A DNA stretch of 63,899 nt, filler included, from Octopus bimaculoides (Eukaryota), in the NCBI RefSeq assembly GCF_001194135.2. It is 7 parts of 6 records of this genome, joined end to end, with 100 filler letters (N's around TTAATTAATTAA, not from the genome) between each part and the next. Parts side by side here need not be neighbours in the genome. Positions count along the whole stretch, not along the records: positions 16,944 to 33,218 come from NC_068991.1; positions 33,319 to 48,172 come from NC_068982.1; 5 more parts are not named here. One strand, given 5' to 3'. Shown here in pieces: positions 25,617 to 37,295 of this stretch (position 1 is its first letter; the number at the start of each line of letters is the position of its first letter). The position numbers and the translations under genes are program-made. A model generated the notes under the pieces. That model was not told the origin of the DNA and made no database searches. It saw only the letters and a list, made by a program, of their open reading frames with translations.

Positions 25617-27206
25617 TTCACAGAGAAATATATTTAATGAATAATAGTAGACTGTGTGATCCCCGAACCAAAACTGATTATCACTTAGAGTTCAACAAAA
25701 CAAGAAATAACCTTAGCAATAAAACTTGTGAAACATCTAAACAGAATAAATATGAAACGAACTACGGTGTGGTAAACAGGATATCAAAAATACATTCAGT
25801 AGCAACCAATGAATCAGAGCTTATGAAAACGAATTTTCATTTTTAAAGAAGGAAAATCAGGATATCAAAAAACTGAACACGCACTGAAATAAGTCCAAAG
25901 ATTCGAACAAAATAACACAAAGATAAGTAGAAATCAGATCAACCAGTGAAAATATAGAATAAACGAAGAATTAACAAATGATACGATGAAAACCATAACT
26001 AATGTTCTAATAGATATAACAACATCGGAAACCGTGTAACCAGAAAACGATTGTCTCAGATATGTACATATTAAATAATATAAGGAAGCAACCAATCAGA
26101 TTGAGAACCATTGACTCCCGAATTTGTCTAATATTTGTTTTATCACCTTTAGAACAATAAAAATATTTCATGGAAATTGAATTCAGAACGTGAAGAGACA
26201 GTTTGTCCAGTACTCAACTAATTTTGCTTCAAGCAATTCCTTTAGTAATATTTACTATTTAATATCAATTACATTCTCAAGGAATAGAGATACACAGCCT
26301 CTAATATACTTGGTTTCCTTAAACAATGGCCGTGTTTTGGATTTTTTTTTCTTTCATTTTTAGACTAAGAAAATAACCAAATTAAAGCTAGGAGAAAAGT
26401 CAGGAATATAATTTATTCCACCTAAGTCGGGAATAAAAGAAAATTATTTTCACATTTATTTATTTTTCCTTCCACTGTTTTTATCACATTTTCTTTATTT
26501 ATCTATTCTTGTCTACTGTTTTGATGCTTCATTTGTTAGCTTCCGTTATGATTTACATTGCTCATTGCTTTCAGCCACCACACGCAGCCCAGAATGTCTC
26601 CCAACAATGACTTTGTAATCGTTGCCAATCTCGGAGACTATCTGGGAGCCATTTTTGTTTTTGATTTTTCTGAGTGACTCTTGTATATTTGTGAATAAAT
26701 GTTTGTATGCATATTTGAATTTATGTTTGTATGCATGTGTAAGTTTTGTTTTTTGTTTTAATCTTATTTTCTAATTTCATTATTGTCCATATTATTTTTA
26801 TTATCGATGCTGTAAGTTTTGTAATGCTTTATTTTTGTTTTCATTATTGTGGCGATTATTATTGTTATTGTTGTTGCTATTCCTTTTGTTATTTGTTTGT
26901 TTCACGTTAATTTGTTTCTAATTGCCTCCATTCGGCGGCATTAATCGAGGTAAACTTGACATTTTGACCAGAGAACAGACGCTGTGTTCGACACCGAAAC
27001 AGTAACACCAGCGCTAACGACAACAACAGCAACATTAACGACAACAACACAGATAAGCAATAAACCAAACAACGGCAAACAAACAATCAATCAAGTGAAA
27101 TGGGAAATAAACAAGCGAAGAAATAAATATATGGCTGAGAGTTCTCTATGAAAGATGATGATATTGTAACGTTTACGGCTTTGGTACACATCATCATCAT
27201 AATCCT

Positions 27207-27247
<41 letters not shown>

Positions 27248-27339
27248 GCAGCATCGCTAGCTGTTATCACTAAAACTTGCTTCATCCTCGATCCAATATA
27301 TTTCCTATACAACTCCAAATGCTCTCCCCTTCGCACCTT

Positions 27340-27413
27340 CAGTTTTCTCATTTTTTTCCCTCGCTACGTTTCCTTCTCCTTCCTTTTAACTCTCTCCCTC
27401 TCTCCCTCTCTCC

Positions 27414-27462
<49 letters not shown>

Positions 27463-27846
27463 AGTTATTCTTTATTTTTGTTTCTCTCTCTAGTTTTTTC
27501 CGCCTTTCATATTACTTTTTATTTATTCTTTTAAACTCTGTTTTTCTTTCCTCATTGACGCATCTCTCTGCCGCCCCCTATCCCTCTCTCTCTCCCTCCA
27601 TCTCTCTTTCCCCCTCTCTCTCTCTTTCTCTCTTTCTCTCTCTTTCCCCTCTCTCTCTTTTTATCTCTGTCCCTCTTTTTCCCTCTCTCTCTTTCAGTCT
27701 CTCTTTCCCTCTCTCTCTTTCCCTCTCTCTCTCTCTCTTTCCTCTCTTTCTCTCTTTCCCTATCTCTCTCTCCCTCTCTCTCTTTCCCTCTCTCTTTCTC
27801 TCTCTCCCCCTCTTTCCTCTCTCTCTTTCCTTCTCTCTCCCTTTCC

Positions 27847-27877
<31 letters not shown>

Positions 27878-28025
27878 TCTCTTTCCCGCTCTCTTTCTCT
27901 CTTTTCCCTCTCTCTCTTTCTTTCTCTTTCTCTCTTTCTCTTTCTCTCTCGTTCTTTCTCTATCACTCTCTCTCTCTGTTGCTCTCCCTCTCTCTCACAG
28001 ACACTTCCTATTTTCTTTTTTTCCT
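27340..28025 (+). repeat. Long degenerate (CT)n/(CTTT)n polypyrimidine tract
   Basis: Direct reading; almost purine-free strand apart from a short AT-rich interruption near 27470-27570. Confidence 0.9.
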
Positions 28026-28039
28026 TTTTATTTCTACTT

Positions 28040-28260
28040 TACTGGCTGTGTGGTAAGTAGCTTGCTTACCAACCACATGGTTCCGGGTTCAGTCCCACTG
28101 CGTGGCATCTTAGGCAAGTATCTTCTACTATAGCCTCGAGCCGACCAAAGCCTTGTGAGTGGATTTGATAGACGGAAACTGAAAGAAGCCCGTCGTATAT
28201 ATGTATATATATATATATGTGTGTGTGTGTGTTGTGTGTCTGTGTGTATATATATATATA
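28040..28260 (+). mobile_element. SINE family A head plus internal microsatellite
   Basis: TGGCTGTGTGGTAAGTAGCTTGC..GGTTCAGTCCC. Confidence 0.85.
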
Positions 28261-28482
28261 TAAATTCAATAATTGGATGAATTCTTTTACAAGAATTTAT
28301 CAAGTAGCTAGCGTGAAAAAAACCTCATAAGGGAAAAAATCCATCATTTATTCCCGAAATATATATTTTCATATTTATATAAGGGCATTACTAGCGATGA
28401 ACAGTCTTCTATATACTATATTGGATACACGATGTTCGAGTGGTATGTTGATTTTCTGTTTACCTCTATTTCTCTTGACCAT

Positions 28483-28543
28483 ATTATACTGACGAATAGA
28501 GGTTGTATAATACTACAATAAGTACGAAATCATGATCTATAAT
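28483..28543 (+). ncRNA. Type-I hammerhead ribozyme motif, near-complete
   Basis: ATTATA-CTGACGA-[helix II with TTGTA/TACAA]-C-GAAA-TCATGA-TC-TATAAT; 6-bp helix I, palindromic helix III ATCATGAT, AUC cleavage triplet. Confidence 0.7.
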
Positions 28544-29115
28544 TTAGTCTGTTTTTAAGGGGTTGGCTTTGAGAGTTGCATTTCCTCGCGTTCGGTAAAA
28601 ATGTGCTTTTTATGGTAGTCTGACCTTAGAGTCCCTCATAGCGTGAGGCATTATTGCATAGTGATGCCCTTATATATATATATATATATATATATATNNN
28701 NNNNNNNNNNNNNNNNNNNNNNNNNNNNNNNNNNNNNNNNNNNNNNNNNNNNNNNNNNNNNNNNNNNNNNNNNNNNNNNNNNNNNNNNNNNNNNNNNNNN
28801 NNNNNNNNNNNNNNNNNNNNNNNNNNNNNNNNNNNNNNNNNNNNNNNNNNNNNNNNNNNNNNNNNNNNNNNNNNNNNNNNNNNNNNNNNNNNNNNNNNNN
28901 NNNNNNNNNNNNNNNNNNNNNNNNNNNNNNNNNNNNNNNNNNNNNNNNNNNNNNNNNNNNNNNNNNNNNNNNNNNNNNNNNNNNNNNNNNNNNNNNNNNN
29001 NNNNNNNNNNNNNNNNNNNNNNNNNNNNNNNNNNNNNNNNNNNNNNNNNNNNNNNNNNNNNNNNNNNNNNNNNNNNNNNNNNNNNNNNNNNNNNNNNNNN
29101 NNNNNNNNNNNNNNN

Positions 29116-29278
29116 TATATATATATATACACTGATAGATACTTTCAGTTTCCGTCTCCCAAATCCACTCACAAGGCTTTGGTTGGTTCGATGCTATAGT
29201 AGACACTTGCCCAAGTGGGACTGAACTCGGAACCATGTAGTTGGGAAGCAAACTTCTTACCACACAGCCACACCTGCA
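29116..29278 (-). mobile_element. SINE family A head
   Basis: Reverse-complement match to the A head. Confidence 0.75.
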
Positions 29279-30218
29279 ACTATAGTTCTTTACATTTTGA
29301 GATTAAATGTCATCCAAGTCAGCTTTGCCTTTCATCTTTCCCGGGTCGATAAAACAAGGTAACAGTCAAGTAGTGGAGTAAGGGTATTGACTGATCCCCG
29401 GCTCCTCAAAAGCTGTTGGTTTTCTGCCAAAATTAGAAACCATTTTAGAGAAATTTACGTGATGTAACTGAAGCTGAAGGATTTCTTCTGAGATTGAAAC
29501 GGGATTGCTGGATCTGCTGTTGAACCAATCCATTACGCATTCACCACAATTAGAGACTACGAACCGTTCCAGAGAGTTTCTACGTAGTCTATCAATTTGC
29601 TAGACATAGGACCCAAATCTTCCTCAAAGCACACTCAACCATCTTTAAAAGACACTTCGAATAATGTAGTCTATGGCACACTATTGCAGAAAACAAACGT
29701 GATGGGTATGGCTGGAATGGCCTGTACCATAGATCTGACTAATTATGGCTGACCTGGGTTTAACCAACAACAACTGAAAAGACATAAAGTAACTGAAATG
29801 ATAGGTTTTCCACAGACATTAATTACAAATATGAAAATTTGGTTCCTTAGAGGACTAAACGGACAAGAAATTTGTCGACAAGATTTACAGTGACGTAACC
29901 TTAGTAACTGGTATTTTTCTTTCACTGAAGAAAAATAGGGATGTAAGAGACTTAAACTGTAAGCGTATTCTACAGCAAGCTCAGCCAGGGCAGAAGAGAT
30001 CTTTCTTTTACGTAGTCTGTATAACAAAGACATTATCCAGTGTGTATATTTTTGAGTCAGTATATAATTTAATATATATTTCTAGTAAGTCCAGTGTTCC
30101 CTTGTTGATGTTTAGCCCCAGGTCACCGGTGAGAGAGCAAACTTATCATCAAAAGCTTTCCTACCACAACCATTCGGCCACTTTCGGAACATCAGCGACT
30201 ACATTATCTCATGATGGT

Positions 30219-30536
30219 TATTTTATTTATTTATGCGCCCTTTTAAAGCCTAGCCAGGCTCATGGGCCCGGCTTTCCGGTTTCTATGGCGTATGTGTTCC
30301 CCCAGCTGGACGGGACGCCAGTCCATCGCAGCGTTACCCAAGAAACAGGAAGAAAGAGTGAGAGAAAGTTGGGGCGAAAGAGTATAACAGGGGTCACCAC
30401 CACCTCCTACCGGAGCCTCGTGGAGTTTAAGGTGTTTTCGCTCACTAAACACTCACAATGCCCGGTCTGGGAATCGAAACCGCATTCCTCCGACCGCGAG
30501 TCCGCTGCCCTAACCACTGGGCCATTGCGCCTCCAC
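30219..30536 (-). mobile_element. SINE family D variant (D head, different tail)
   Basis: Same tRNA-like head and body as 13794-14178; distinct 3' ~120 nt; imperfect TSD TYTCATGATRGT. Confidence 0.85.
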
Positions 30537-31349
30537 ATTTCATGATAGTGTGATTTAAGAGAGAGTTGGCTGATATTGCTAGCAGCTTAAGAGACCACGT
30601 AACGACGTCTCCGTTTCTGCTGCCACTGATGCTGGTGTTATTGTTGTTTGTTTCTTTGTTGTTGTGGTGGTAGTCGTCGTCGCTGCTGTGTTGTAACTGT
30701 TGTTGTTGTTGTTGTCATCGTCGTCGTTTTTGTCGTTGTCGTTATTGTTGTTGCTAATGTTATAAGCTATCATGACGACAGATCGGTTACAGTTACATTT
30801 ATGTTCAGATTTTCTAAATTATTGGTCCCAGCGGCTTTGGTTCTGTTTCCTCTTGTTGGTTATTGGTGGACAAGAGTCGGGAGATGAGGTAGAAAGAAGG
30901 GTTAGAAAGAGTGAGAGACTGGGACAGGCAGACAGACGACGAGAGAAAGAGAGAGAGAGAGAGAGAGTGAAGTGGGAGAGAAGCGTCCATATTTGATGGA
31001 GCACACCACGGTTTACGTGACCTTATCTTTATTTCTGGAACATGACTCAGCAAACTACAGGAGTAGGAGGGAGGATGGTAAACAAAAATGTGTGTGTGTG
31101 CGTGTGTCAGTGCGTGTGTGTGAGAGAGAGAGTGAGAGATAAATAAGTGTATATGAATGTATGTGTATGCGTGTATATGTGTGTGTGCGCGTGTCTGTGT
31201 GTGTGTGTGTGTGTGTGTAAATATATAGGTTTGTACAAACACTACACACACGCAAACACATACACACAGACATGCATATGCATTTAAAACGCTCATACAT
31301 ATACATATAACTATACATCTATGTGGTTATATGTGTGCGTATATATGTA

Positions 31350-31414
<65 letters not shown>

Positions 31415-31526
31415 GGATAAATATATATTATATCTATGATAGATATAGATGATACATATATACCATATATATATGATAGATAGATATATATGACATATAT
31501 ATGATATATAGCATTTTTTTATGGCC

Positions 31527-31578
31527 CGATAACTGAAGAGATGCCGGCATGGGTTTCCGCCCCGACATCCGAAACTCG
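31527..31578 (+). ncRNA. Hammerhead ribozyme motif truncated by an N-gap
   Basis: CTGAAGA-GATGCCGG..CCGACATC-C-GAAA-CTCG then N; 8-bp helix II with one mismatch. Confidence 0.55.
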
Positions 31579-31789
31579 NNNNNNNNNNNNNNNNNNNNNN
31601 NNNNNNNNNNNNNNNNNNNNNNNNNNNNNNNNNNNNNNNNNNNNNNNNNNNNNNNNNNNNNNNNNNNNNNNNNNNNNATATGATATATAACATATGTATG
31701 ATATATATATAATATGTATATGATATAAATAGATGATGTATATATGATATTTATATATAATATATATATATGATGTATAGATGATATAT

Positions 31790-32865
31790 GGGAATACGAT
31801 CCAGCTCAGCCAAAGTCAGAAGTGGTGTCCCACAAGGTACTGTGTTGGGCCCACTCCTCTTCATTATTTACATCAACGACATAGCAGATGTCTTCAAACA
31901 TTCTAAATTGAAAATCTTTGCAGATGATTCCTAATTCCAGAAAGCCATTAACGGCATGGGAGACCGAACATGGTTTCAGTTAGATCTATTTGCTGTTGTC
32001 CAATGGGCGGAAAAAACATTACGCTTTTCAATGAAGATAAGTTTGATTTGATCCACTTTGGAAAAGAAGAAACTCTGAAATCCCTAATATCATCCAACAA
32101 CATCAGAGACCTTAGAGTAAATATTGATAATAATCGAAGTTGTAGTTCTCACGTAAATAGCATGGTTGACTTGGCTCGCAAGACGTGCTCCTGGATTCTG
32201 AGAACTTTCCAGTCTAGAGATGACTACACCATCATCCTTCTCTGCTCTACTTTTTCCCGACCCTAATTTGAATACTGTTGCCCACTGTGGTCCCCCCATA
32301 CGAAGCAACTCATTATGAAAGTAAAAGTACTCCATAGGTCAATAAAAAGAAAGATAGACGGCATGAGAGGCATTGACTATTGGGGGGTTGACTAAAAAAA
32401 TTCAATCTCTACTCTCTTCAACGCCACCAGGAATGCTACATCATTATACATTCTGTGGTGTTTTCACTACGTGAATAAATGGAGCTTGTACGAAACGTAC
32501 GTACGGCTATAACCTATTGAATTTTTGTTGCTTATCTTCAAATTTTATTCACCAAATCTCTTGATTTTGTTTTTGGTTTTTATCCTACCAAATTCTGGTG
32601 CCTCAAACATTTTAAGTACCACATTTAATCTTTTGATTAAATCTATATTATTATTCATTTGTGTTATTTAGAAAATATTCCATCAATATTACCCAAATGA
32701 TGTTGGCATCAATTTTAAAATCCATCCAAGACTTGGCTCCCGTGCTCTCTGCCCACTACAAAAATCGAACTCGGTACACACAGCAACATTACATCACAAT
32801 TACTTTACCTCAACCGGTAAAATAAAGCAACATTACGTCACAATTACTTTACCTCAACCGGTAAA
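31790..32865 (+). mobile_element. CR1/Jockey-group LINE RT remnant
   Basis: [28 protein letters not shown]; later FNEDKFDLIHFG and YCCPLWSP; ~44-bp tandem duplication at ~32783-32865. Confidence 0.85.
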
Positions 32866-33118
32866 GTAGAGTACAGAAGGATGATGGTGTAGGCATCTCT
32901 AGACCGGAAAGTTCTCAGAATCCAGGAGCACATCTTGAGGGCCAAGTCATCTTTGCTGTTTACATGGGAACTCCAGTTTAGATTGTTATTAACAATTACT
33001 CCAAGATCTCTGGTGTTGTTGGATGAAACTAGGGAGTCGCCGAGGGAAGAGCATATGGTAATTTCAGAGTTTCCTCTTTCCCAAAGTAGATCAAATCAAA
33101 CTTATCTACAGTTAAAAG
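32866..33118 (-). mobile_element. Second, inverted fragment of the same LINE family
   Basis: Diverged reverse complement of ~32035-32255 (DKFDLIYFGKEETLK..TRDLGVIVNNNL..WILRTFRSRD). Confidence 0.8.
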
Positions 33119-33218
33119 CAGTTATCGCTTGGTCTATTAGTTTGGTGGGATCCAGAGCTTAAATTGTTCCTTAAAAAATAAAAATACTCCACCAAACTAA
33201 TAGACCAAGCGATAACTG
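33119..33218. repeat. Perfect 30-bp inverted repeat with 40-nt spacer at a contig end
   Basis: CAGTTATCGCTTGGTCTATTAGTTTGGTGG (33119-33148) and its reverse complement (33189-33218). Confidence 0.9.
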
Positions 33219-33318
33219 NNNNNNNNNNNNNNNNNNNNNNNNNNNNNNNNNNNNNNNNNNNNTTAATTAATTAANNNNNNNNNNNNNNNNNNNNNNNNNN
33301 NNNNNNNNNNNNNNNNNN
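33219..33318. other. Artificial scaffold linker
   Basis: 44N-TTAATTAATTAA(33263-33274)-44N. Confidence 0.95.
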
Positions 33319-33650
33319 GAGTGGTTTCGGCAGACCAAGCCATTTCCTGATAAACACACTGCATCTTTGTTCTATCCTTTCTACTCTACTCAAGGCTATT
33401 TCATACATTTGCAATGGCCACATTATCCTTGGGTACAGTCCAAATTGCAGTATCCAACATTTGAATTTTCCCGGCAGTGTTGTTCTGTCAATTGCCTTCA
33501 ATCCTTGTTCTACTAACTCGTGTGTCTCTTTCCCTTGCTTCTCATCATTTAATAAATCTCTATACCATCTGCCGAGACTCTTTACTGGTAGTTCTTTCAC
33601 CGTTGGTATGTCTTCACCTCCTATCCTGAATTTCACTTCTTCTTGCATTG
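33319..33650 (-). mobile_element. RLE-clade (HERO/NeSL-like) LINE RT C-terminal fragment
   Basis: IPTVKELPVKSLGRWY..IDRTTLPGKFKCWILQFGLYPRIMWPLQMYEI..FIRKWLGLP, an open 143-aa frame cut by the linker. Confidence 0.7.
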
Positions 33651-34088
33651 GGATATTTTTGCCTTTCTGAAGAAAGCAATCAAAGTTTATAAAGTTTTCC
33701 ATTAGGAATCAAAAATACACAACAAACATTTTTGAGTGAGAAATTATGAGTTAAGTAATTATTGCTTACATTGGCTTTATGCAACATTTGTTTCTTACTG
33801 ATGGTGGGGGACTGAGTATCAAAAAGTGGGTGTACCAAATTGCCATGGTTAAATCTGTTACTGCAGAAATCAGATATAGTTGCTCAAAATTTCATTGCCC
33901 TTAACAGCAGCAGAAAGCAGATTTGCATATCACTCTATCTTTTATTGAGAGATACCATGTTTGAAAGTATTTTTCAATCATATATGTCAAGTTTATTGAA
34001 GAATGTGATTTGCTGAAATTATCAATTCTATTTTTGACATCATTACTGGGATAACCTTGAAAATGAATTTCACAATTGGTGTTAATAA

Positions 34089-34268
34089 GGCGCAGGAGTG
34101 GCTGTGTGGTAAGTAGCTTGCTTACCAACCACATGGTTCTGGGTTCAGTCCCACTGCGTGGCACCTTGAGCAAGTGTCTTCTACTATAGCTTCGGGCCAA
34201 CCAAAGCCTTGTGAGTGGATCTGGTAGACGAAAACTGAAAGAAGCCCATCGTATATATGTATATATAA

Positions 34269-34302
<34 letters not shown>

Positions 34303-34505
34303 CTGTGTTTGTCACCACCCCCTCAACATCACTTGACAACTGATGCTGGTGTGTTTACATCCCTGTAACTTAGCAGTTCAGCAAAAGAGACCAATAGAAT
34401 AAGTACTAGGCTTACAAAGAATAAGTCCTAGGGTCGATTTGCTCGACTAAAGGCGGTGCTCCAGCATGGCCGCAGTCAAATGAATGAAACAAGTAAAAGA
34501 GTAAA
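34089..34505 (+). mobile_element. SINE family A, full-length reference copy
   Basis: A box TGGCTGTGTGG (34099-34109), B box GTTCAGTCC (34143-34151), internal (TA)n(TG)n, tail ..GAAACAAGTAAAAGAGTAAAA. Confidence 0.92.
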
Positions 34506-34759
34506 AAAAAAAAAAGAAAGAGTAATTAAAAAAAAAGTTGTGTAGTACAGCCAGCCACCACTCATGAGCAAGTATGGCTTGGTAACATGCTTTCATAAAT
34601 TGTTTTAAGTGTCTTTATAGACACAAGCAGAGATAGACATCCTCTCAGCCTCTTTACATTTGAGCCTGTGGAATATTCAGGATAGAGAGGGGAATGTAGC
34701 TCTCTTGTTCAGAAAAGCAGAGGAGATGAGGCAACATGTGTAAAACTTGCACTTGAGCC

Positions 34760-35045
34760 AATTGTTCAAGCTTGTTGGTGAGTGAATCTAATCAAAGTTG
34801 TGAGGATCTAATCAAAGACTTTGCAATTACAAAAAGTAAGAGAAATTTTTTCAAATGTAAATATAATGGAAGTAAACAAAAGTAAACATTATTTTCCATC
34901 TTACTGTTAGTTTTGTTTCATTTTGAAAAATAAAAATTTATGTTATGGTTTATTATTGTTTATATTTTGAATTACTTCTAAGATGGGGAGGGGCACCAAA
35001 ATCTTTTAAGTGCTTGGGGCCTCTATGGGTCTAAATTTGGCCCTG
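34760..35045 (+). mobile_element. hAT element end fragment
   Basis: IKDFAITKSKR-like peptide; reverse-complement similarity to 62935-63160; ends ..TTTGGCCCTG. Confidence 0.6.
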
Positions 35046-35893
35046 TATCACATACATCAATGCCATACACCAATCTTTGATATAATATCATCAACCAATA
35101 TTAATCTGTACTTTTTAGCATTTGTTGCCTACATGAGATGATTTCTTGGGACATTTACTGCAGTCTAAAGTATTATAAACAACACATCCAGGTTAGGTTG
35201 AATGTGTTAATTACCAATCATTACAAAGACTGCTTCTGTTGCTAATAACTAAAATTGTCTTTGTTCTAATTAATTTTGGAATTAATGAAGAATTTATTAA
35301 AATAACTTTCTCATTATTAAATTGGTGTGTGAAACATAGATTTACATGAAATCTTTATGGAAGATTTTAATTTAGATCACATTAAAGCATGTAGTTTGTA
35401 CATTAGGGGTGGTCGTGGGTGGGCTGGTTTCAAAGGAATCAATATGAAATATTTATAATTTACAAGAAACAACAGAATATATGACAAAATCTTGATAGAT
35501 TCATTAGATATATTTTTTATTCCTTAATTGTTTGATAAAGTAATTAATATATTAGGGTAGTAATCAGGACAAGCTGTATTGCCTCTACTTTACTTTTCAA
35601 ATAAAGTGTTGTGTGATAACATAATGAAATCTTATTTTCTGTGTCTTAAGGATTTTCATTCAAGTTGAAATAGCAAACTTTAGCTTTTCTCCATTTTCTG
35701 TTTGTAAGCCATATCTGTTTTATCAATTTGAAATATCAAACTGAAAAAAAAAAGAAAAAAAAGTAACTGAATTAATTTTCTTTCCTCAAGTTCCTTTAAA
35801 ATTGCATGCTTTTCAAAAATTATTGTGTAAAATGTGTAAAGCAATTATTTCAGTGCTCATATAAAGAATGTAAATTTATATCATGAATGAGAT

Positions 35894-36310
35894 GCAGGCA
35901 TGGGTGTGTAGTCGAGGAAGTCAGTTTCCATGTGGTTTTCAGATCAATCTTACAGTGTGGCATCTTAGGCGAGTATCTTCTACTATAGCTCCAAGCTAAG
36001 CAAAGCTTCGTAAGTAGATTTCGTAGACAGAAATTGAAAGAAATTGAAAGGCGGTGAGCTGGCAGAAATGTTAGCACACCGGCCAAAATGCTTAGCGGTA
36101 TTTCGTCTGCTTTTACATCCTGAGTTCAAATTCCGCCAAGGTCGACTTTGCCTTTCATCCTTTCGGGGGCGATAAATTAAGTACCAGTTACGCACTGGGG
36201 TTGATGTAATCAACTTTATCCCTTTGTCTGTCTTTCTTTGTCCCCTCTATCTTTAGCCCCTTGTGAGCAGTAAAGAAAGAAGAAATTGAAAGAAGCACAT
36301 TGTGTGTGTG
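35894..36310 (+). mobile_element. SINE family A head carrying a nested family B SINE (36051-36279)
   Basis: B copy flanked by AAGAAATTGAAAG at 36038-36050 and 36280-36292. Confidence 0.8.
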
Positions 36311-37295
36311 TGTGTGTGTGCATGCATGTGTGCGCATACGCGTGCATGTATGCATGTTTCAGTCATTAGACTGTGGTCTAAATGGGGTACCACCTTCAAG
36401 GGTTTAGTCAAACAAATCAATCCCAGGACTTATTGTCATTTAGTCTGGTATTGAAGCAACATAAAGGACACAATGTGATCCTGACTGGAAATTGAACCCA
36501 TGATCTAATAATAACAGGCCCAATAACTGGATCACATACTTTCACATATCCTATGGTAAACTGATATATTTCAAAGAGCTACTTTTCTTTGAAAAATAGC
36601 TCTAATATTTCATGACTAGAAAGCCTTAAAAGATTATAGCTCTAGTATTTCATATCTAGTAAATCTTAAGGGATTATACTGAAAAATTCCTAGCTTTAAG
36701 GGTATCACAAAAGGCTTTGCTGGTGGCCCAAACTTCCGAGTTCTTTTACAGGGCTTAGAAAAACTGAAGGACCATAAATGTGTGTGAATCTGAGAGGGAA
36801 ATTTGCTGAAAAAAAAAATCATACTTAACTGATCCTCCTGTATTTTCTTTTACCCAATACCAGGAACTTTTCAACACCCCCTTGTATAACATGTAAAGGA
36901 AACAGTAAATGAAAATATATAAATTCATTGATAGAGGCAGTGAAGAAGCTATGAAAATAAAAACTAGAACAGAAGTTTGATATGTTATATTGTCAGCAAA
37001 TACTAAATAAAGACAGCAAACTGCCGAAACTATTAATATGACAGACAAATTGTTTAGCATCATACCTTACAACTCTCTAAGTTCTGAGTTCAAATCCTGC
37101 TGAGGATGAATATTACAGGTTGTTTAGGCCCATACATATCATGTATTAAGTGGAACAGTAATTGATAAATTATTTATCTCTACTATTTTTATTCAGTTTC
37201 AGGAAATTTTTGATATGATGCAACTGATTGAACAATGATAAAATTAAATTAAAATAAAGTCTCTGAAATACTTTGATGAAACTGATAAAATAATA

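Noticed and set aside
25620-26060. Asn/Lys/Thr-rich ORF-like stretch
   Set aside because: It is interrupted by stops and frame changes, has no motif, and is explained by A-rich composition.
29889-30016. Minus-strand open frame LRKRKISSALAELAVEYAYSL.. after a TTTGTTATACAG acceptor
   Set aside because: The donor is ambiguous, no domain is recognisable, and the length is compatible with chance.
33901-34060. Minus-strand frame GYPSNDVKNRIDNF..SAFCCC* as a possible terminal exon
   Set aside because: The acceptor is weak, there is no homology cue, and the ORF call starts inside a SINE.
36855-36886. Mariner-like TIR ends (also at ~61785-61815)
   Set aside because: They are single unpaired termini, too short to define elements with confidence.
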